Source: Gammaproteobacteria bacterium (lineage in GTDB: Bacteria; Pseudomonadota; Gammaproteobacteria; Eutrophobiales; Eutrophobiaceae). From it: 61,130 bases of DNA. The notes under the pieces were generated by a model. That model worked only from the letters and a program-made list of their open reading frames with translations, searched no databases and was not told the origin of the DNA. The stretch is from contig JAJRTU010000095.1 of NCBI GenBank assembly GCA_024278135.1, forward strand, positions 1-61,130, in the 5' to 3' direction. Positions 56,133 through 61,130 of the stretch are shown here, in pieces. The stretch's first letter is position 1; the number at the start of each line of letters is the position of its first letter. The translations under genes were made by a program, and so were the position numbers.

Positions 56133-56643
56133 TATTTGCGCAGTGTCGGAAGTTGCGCCTGTTTCAAAGCAGAGGCATTCCTGTCGTATTCCCTGCACGA
56201 GCTGTCTCCGCAACACCGGTGACGGAACATCCCTTCGTTTGAACTGTTTGCAAACGTTTTGATTTTTATATCGCGGGAAATATTCTGCCTGTGACGGGCT
56301 GAATTTTTTTGCCGCCCACATCCATGGCGGAATGATATTGCCCACTGTCCGGAACCATGCCCCATGGACGCGGAGACAGCTTTCCATAAACGGTTCTTTT
56401 TTAAACGAATAATATATCACCGGGCAATAGTTTATCAGTGGCATAAAAAATGCCTGCTCCATAAATGCGCTCAGCGGCAGTCCTGGCTGTCAATAAAGCA
56501 CTGTGTCAGGCAGGGCGCTTACATCGGGGAAGAATGATTTTGCTAAAAATATTCAGGAATTCGGGCATAACGGCCGATAAGCAATATTAGAAAGTTCAGG
56601 TTCAAAAATCCAATACCTGATCAAGTGACAGGAGAGATGAGAA

Positions 56644-57006
56644 ATGGCAACAGTACTTGCAGTTGATGATTCGGCATCCATGCGGCAAATGGTGTCCTTT
56701 ACCCTGAAAGGGGCGGGATATGACGTGATTGAAGCTGTCGACGGTGTGGATGCCCTGAATAAGGCGAAGGGCAGTCAACCCGATGTCGTGTTAACCGATG
56801 TCAATATGCCGAATATGGACGGTATTACGCTTATCAGAGAGTTACGTAAGCTGCCCGATTATAAATTCACACCCATGTTGATGTTAACGACGGAATCTTC
56901 CGGAGACAAGAAATCAGAGGGTAAATCAGCCGGTGCCACCGGTTGGCTGGTCAAGCCCTTTAATCCGGATCAGTTGTTGGCCACCATCCAGAAAGTCATC
57001 GGGTAG
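56644..57006 (+). CDS. cheY: CheY-like response regulator (cluster 2)
   Basis: Motifs VLAVDDS, DVVLTDVNMPNMDG and LVKPF. AGGAGA RBS. Confidence 0.9.
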   Translation: MATVLAVDDSASMRQMVSFTLKGAGYDVIEAVDGVDALNKAKGSQPDVVLTDVNMPNMDGITLIRELRKLPDYKFTPMLMLTTESSGDKKSEGKSAGATGWLVKPFNPDQLLATIQKVIG

Positions 57007-57073
57007 AAAAGCCGACGGTCACTGATGGACAATGATTATCATTTTGTCATTAATGAAAAATGGAGTGTGTTAA

Positions 57074-59179
57074 ATGAGTATTGATATGGCGCAGTTTCAT
57101 ACAGTCTTCTTCGAAGAAAGTTTTGAAGGGCTGGAAATAATGGAAACCGGTCTGCTGGATTTGAATCAGGGCGAGGCGGACGTTGAAGATATTAATACGA
57201 TATTCCGGGCGGCACATTCCATCAAGGGCGGGAGTGGCACGTTCGGATTCAAGGAGATTGCAGACTTTACCCATGTGATGGAAACCTTGCTCGATGAAAT
57301 GCGCGACGGACAACGCGAAGTGACGCAGGATGGCGTCAATCGTTTGCTTGAGTCTGTTGATTGCCTGCGTGAAATGTTGACGGCGACCCGTGACGGCGAT
57401 GCGCTGGATACCGAGAGTGTTGCGACAGTACAGACAAAACTTGAAAGCATGTTGGCCGAGGGGGAAAGCTCGCCGGGTGATAAAGAAGCGGCGGTGTCGA
57501 TGGCAGACAGTGAATCAGGTGCCCAGGACTGGCATATTATTTTCACGCCACATCTGCACATGTTGAAAACCGGCAATGATCCGGTGCGGATGTTCAGGGA
57601 ATTATCGGAATTGGGAGAGCTTGTCGTCAATGTCGATACTTCTTCGTTACCGGACTTTGCAGACTGCGATCCACAGGAATGCTTTCTCAGTTGGGAACTG
57701 GATCTTACAGGCGATGTCACGCGTGAACAGATTGACGAAATATTCGAATGGGTCGATGGAGACTGCGATCTTGAAATATCAGCACTGGAAACAATTCCTG
57801 TGGAATCTGCAGTGCAAACAGAAGATCAGGGTGTACGCAGTGGTGTGGATCGGCGCAGTGATCAGGATCGTCGACAGAAAGATGAGCCTGTAGCGGGCGA
57901 AGACAGACGCAGCAGTGCTGATCGCAGAAAAGGAGATCGCCGATCGAAAGGGAGCGGTGACACGTCCATACGTGTGAACATCAGCAAGATTGATGCCCTG
58001 ATCAATATGGTGGGTGAGCTGGTGATTACCCAGTCCATGCTCAGCCAGTTTGGTGAAGGCGTCGATCTGAATGATCTGGAAAAGCTGCGTAACGGACTGG
58101 CCCAACTGGAGCGGAATACGAGAGAACTTCAGGAAAATGTTATGCAGATACGCATGTTGCCGATTAGCTTTTCTTTCAATCGTTTTCCCCGGCTTGTGCA
58201 TGATCTCAGTAACAAGATGAACAAAAAAATCGAACTGAAAGTGTCGGGTGAACATACAGAGCTGGATAAAACCGTGATGGAAAAAATAGGTGATCCGCTG
58301 GTTCACCTGGTCAGGAATTCGCTGGATCATGGTATTGAAATGCCCGAGCAACGTCGGGCTGCAGGCAAGCCTGAAACAGGAATATTGCATCTGAATGCTT
58401 ACCATGAAGGTGGAAATATTGTTATCGATATCATTGATGACGGTGCCGGTCTGAATACCGAAAAAATTCGCAGCAAGGCGATTGAACGTGGACTGGTCAG
58501 GGAAGATGAAGTGTTGTCAGACAGCAAAATACATGAACTGATCTTTCGTGCAGGATTTTCCACAGCTGATCAGGTCAGCGATGTTTCCGGTCGTGGTGTC
58601 GGCATGGATGTGGTACGCCGGAATATTCATGATCTCGGCGGTGTGGTCGAGGTGGAGTCGACAGAAGGTGTCGGATCCACTTTTCGTATCCGCTTGCCGC
58701 TCACTCTGGCCATTGTTGACGGACAGCTTGTGCGGGTGGGTACGCAAACCTACATCGTTCCACTGATCTCTATTGAGGAATCCCTGCAAATATCCAGCAG
58801 CGAAATTAGTTCAATTGCGGGAAAGATGGAGCTGTACCGATTGAGGGAAGACTATATACCGATTATTCGCTTACATGATGTTTTTTCCATTGAACCCGAC
58901 AACAGGAGTCTAGAGGACGGTTTACTGGTTGTTGTTGAATCGGAAGGTCAGAAAGCCGGATTGTTTGTTGATGATCTGCTGGCCCAGCAACAGGTGGTGA
59001 TCAAGAGCCTGGAAACGAATTACCGGAAAGTAGGCGGTATTGCCGGTGCCACCATTCTTGGAGATGGCACGGTTGCCATGATCCTGGATATCACCGGTCT
59101 ACTGGAAATGTCACTGCAGGAGCACTCAACACCACCAACGTCGTCACTATTTGACAGCACAGCCAGCAAGGCTGCATGA
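57074..59179 (+). CDS. cheA: Chemotaxis histidine kinase CheA (cluster 2)
   Basis: Hpt FRAAHSIKGGSGTFG. P2-like region. Arg-rich DRR repeats. P3 IDALINMVGELVI. Kinase boxes (HLVRNSLDHG, DDGAGL, GRGVGMD). P5 domain. Confidence 0.95.
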   Translation: MSIDMAQFHTVFFEESFEGLEIMETGLLDLNQGEADVEDINTIFRAAHSIKGGSGTFGFKEIADFTHVMETLLDEMRDGQREVTQDGVNRLLESVDCLREMLTATRDGDALDTESVATVQTKLESMLAEGESSPGDKEAAVSMADSESGAQDWHIIFTPHLHMLKTGNDPVRMFRELSELGELVVNVDTSSLPDFADCDPQECFLSWELDLTGDVTREQIDEIFEWVDGDCDLEISALETIPVESAVQTEDQGVRSGVDRRSDQDRRQKDEPVAGEDRRSSADRRKGDRRSKGSGDTSIRVNISKIDALINMVGELVITQSMLSQFGEGVDLNDLEKLRNGLAQLERNTRELQENVMQIRMLPISFSFNRFPRLVHDLSNKMNKKIELKVSGEHTELDKTVMEKIGDPLVHLVRNSLDHGIEMPEQRRAAGKPETGILHLNAYHEGGNIVIDIIDDGAGLNTEKIRSKAIERGLVREDEVLSDSKIHELIFRAGFSTADQVSDVSGRGVGMDVVRRNIHDLGGVVEVESTEGVGSTFRIRLPLTLAIVDGQLVRVGTQTYIVPLISIEESLQISSSEISSIAGKMELYRLREDYIPIIRLHDVFSIEPDNRSLEDGLLVVVESEGQKAGLFVDDLLAQQQVVIKSLETNYRKVGGIAGATILGDGTVAMILDITGLLEMSLQEHSTPPTSSLFDSTASKAA

Positions 59180-59190
59180 GGTAGAAAGCA

Positions 59191-59715
59191 ATGAACACAG
59201 AACAGATACAGGAAGCCCTTGATATCAACCAGGCGATCAATGCGGGAGCCAATCAATACCTGACCTTTATCCTGGCCGGGGAGGAATATGGTGTAGACAT
59301 CCTGCGGGTACAGGAACTCAGGGGCTGGGAAGAGGCAACAGAGATACCCAATACCCCGGATTATGTCAAAGGTGTCGTCAATCTGCGCGGCACGATAGTC
59401 CCCATCGTTGACCTCAGGTCCCGCTTTGAACTGGAACAGGTGGAATACAGCAAACTCACCGTCGTCATCGTGATGAAAGTCTACGGTAACGCAGGAGAGC
59501 GAACCATGGGCTTTGTTGTGGATGCCGTGTCTGAGGTCTACAACCTGGAGGATGAACAACAGAAGCCGGCGCCGGATTTCGGTTGCGTAGTCAACACTGA
59601 ATTTATCAGGGGACTGGCGACGGTGGGCGACAAGATGATCATTCTGCTGGATATCGATCATGTGGTTGATGCGGATGACGTCGCTGAGGCCGGCGAAACT
59701 GAAACAGAACATTAA
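59191..59715 (+). CDS. cheW: CheW (cluster 2)
   Basis: Motifs YGVDILRVQELRG, VNLRGTIVPIVDLR and GFVVDAVSEV. Confidence 0.95.
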   Translation: MNTEQIQEALDINQAINAGANQYLTFILAGEEYGVDILRVQELRGWEEATEIPNTPDYVKGVVNLRGTIVPIVDLRSRFELEQVEYSKLTVVIVMKVYGNAGERTMGFVVDAVSEVYNLEDEQQKPAPDFGCVVNTEFIRGLATVGDKMIILLDIDHVVDADDVAEAGETETEH

Positions 59716-59765
59716 TTGCACCAGATGTACCGACAAAAATACGGTGTAGAAAGAGGAGATATAAA

Positions 59766-61130
59766 ATGAAGAAGTCAACAGAGAAAGGTTTTCTGTCTAT
59801 TCTGGATAATCTGACGCTGAACAGAAAGATGTTGTCCATGCTGATTATTCCGGTACTGGCCTTGGTGTTTTTTGCTCAGTCGGAAATGCGCCAGTCAATG
59901 GGCCTGGTCTCGGAAAACAACAAGATTGCCACTCTGGCCCAGTTTGCGGTAAAGGCCAGTGCAATGGTGCATGAATTACAGAAGGAGCGCGGCGCATCGG
60001 CAGGTTATCTGGGCAGTGGTGGCACTGAATTTGTCAGTGAATTGCCCGCGCAGCATAAACAGAGTGATGCGAAGATCAGTGACTTGAAGTCCTTTCTAAA
60101 GGAGTTTGATGCTTCAGTCTATGGTGCGCTGTTCAGCAAGCAGCTCAATGAAGCGATGGCCAGTCTGGCGCAGATAAATCAAAAGCGTCAGCTGATCCTG
60201 AAGCAGGAGCTGTCGCTGGGAGAGACTCTCAAGTATTACACCCGATCTTTGAATGCACCTTTTCTGGATCTCAGTGGCAGTCTGGCCGTGTTGAGTTCGA
60301 GCGGCGAGATCAGCGTTATGGCCGGTGCCTATGCCAATTTCCTGCAAAGTAAGGAACGTGCCGGTATTGAGCGGGCCGTCATGGCCAATACTTTCGCCAG
60401 GGATAAATTCGGTCCTGGAATGTACAAAAAATTCAGCTCCCTGGTCACTGTCCAGGATACTTATATGAATGTGTTTCTGGGAATGGCCAGCAATGCACAG
60501 AAGGATTACTACTCAAACACGATGAAGGGCGAATCGATTGACGAGACCTTGCGTATGCGTGGGATAGCAGAGAAGTATGCAGGTACGGGTGGATTTAATA
60601 TTGATGCGGCACGCTGGTTCAAGATGCAGACCGACAAAATCAATTTACTGAAACAGGTTGAAGATAAACTGTCGGCCGATCTTATTGACAGTACCAATAA
60701 ACTGATGGCAACAGCGAAGGCGAATTTCAGAAACACGTTGTTGCTGGTCTTGTTCAGCCTGGTAATCACGGCATTCTTCGCGGTCTATTTCATGCGTTCC
60801 ATTCTTACGCAACTGGGTGATGATCCGGCCCGTATCAAGGAAGTCGCCGATGGTATTGCCGATGGCAATTTGAACATGGATCTGGATACAGGGAAGGTCG
60901 CCACGGGTGTCTTTGCCAGTATGCAGATCATGCAACGCAACCTGCGAGAACAGATCGAGAATGATCGAAAAATTGCGATTGAGACGGGACGTATCAAGAC
61001 AGCACTGGATAATGTTTCCACGAATGTGATGGTGGCGGATACGGAGCTGGATATTATCTATATGAACAAAACGGTACAGGAGATGTTCAGCGAGGCGCAG
61101 GAGGATATTCGTAAGGACCTGCCAAGTTTC
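59766..61130 (+). CDS. Methyl-accepting chemotaxis protein with a NIT-type periplasmic sensor, HAMP and PAS; 3' end cut by window edge
   Basis: Not in the ORF track because no stop lies within the window. Translated by hand: MKKSTEKGFLSILDNL..., TM1, HELQKERGASAGYLGS (NIT hallmark), ERAVMANTF, TM2, HAMP, then a PAS-like LDNVSTNVMVADTELDIIYMNKT. Open for 455 codons to the window end. Confidence 0.8.
   Translation, partial: MKKSTEKGFLSILDNLTLNRKMLSMLIIPVLALVFFAQSEMRQSMGLVSENNKIATLAQFAVKASAMVHELQKERGASAGYLGSGGTEFVSELPAQHKQSDAKISDLKSFLKEFDASVYGALFSKQLNEAMASLAQINQKRQLILKQELSLGETLKYYTRSLNAPFLDLSGSLAVLSSSGEISVMAGAYANFLQSKERAGIERAVMANTFARDKFGPGMYKKFSSLVTVQDTYMNVFLGMASNAQKDYYSNTMKGESIDETLRMRGIAEKYAGTGGFNIDAARWFKMQTDKINLLKQVEDKLSADLIDSTNKLMATAKANFRNTLLLVLFSLVITAFFAVYFMRSILTQLGDDPARIKEVADGIADGNLNMDLDTGKVATGVFASMQIMQRNLREQIENDRKIAIETGRIKTALDNVSTNVMVADTELDIIYMNKTVQEMFSEAQEDIRKDLPSF

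Noticed and set aside
56573-56580. Perfect sigma-28 -10 element GCCGATAA upstream of the second cheY.
   Set aside because: The -35 at the required 11-nt spacing matches only 3/8 (CAGGAATT). It is kept only as a note in the gap finding and is not called as a promoter.

Overview
This window is almost entirely a gammaproteobacterial polar-flagellum and chemotaxis supercluster with Pseudomonas/Vibrio-type architecture. All identifications come from reading the translated ORFs and motifs by eye. No database search was run.

Gene order:
- A partial radical-SAM/Cys-rich (ArsS-like) gene, a GT2 transferase and a DUF2064 transferase.
- flgZ-flgN-flgM and flgA on the minus strand.
- cheV, flgBCDEFGHIJKL, fliC, flaG, fliD, fliS and a split fliT.
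- A 6.2-kb non-flagellar block: beta-carbonic anhydrase, a secreted Vps62-like protein, a secreted cupin, a tryptophanase/tyrosine-phenol-lyase-family enzyme, MarR and a SulP-STAS transporter.
- fleQ, fleS, fleR, fliEFGHIJ, fliK, fliLMNOPQR, flhB, flhA, flhF, flhG and fliA.
- cheY, cheZ, cheA, a ParA/ParC-like ATPase, a 65-aa ORF, cheW, a DUF2802 protein and an MCP.
- A second cheY-cheA-cheW cluster followed by a NIT/HAMP/PAS MCP truncated at the window end.

Much of the regulatory hierarchy can be read from the DNA. I found nine sigma-54-type (-24/-12) promoter candidates, upstream of flgA, flgB, fliD, fleS, fliE, fliK, fliL and the parC-like gene. I found four sigma-28-type candidates, upstream of flgM, cheV, fliC and the MCP.

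I did not find a clear novel defence or mobile system. The observations most worth a second look are:
1. A direct-repeat array and a sigma-54-like promoter fill the cheA to parC gap, where cheB and stator genes normally sit. cheR is also missing after cheV.
2. The 6.2-kb insert splits fliT from fleQ.
3. Two apparent single-base frameshifts disrupt the GT2 transferase and fliT.
4. A 57-bp palindromic element is reused as the 3' hairpin of both flgA and cheV.
5. A CAATTTG-containing box lies upstream of several sigma-54 promoters.
6. The slot normally held by a full-length ParP holds only a 65-aa ORF.
7. The fliC leader is structured and has a CsrA-like GGA arrangement.
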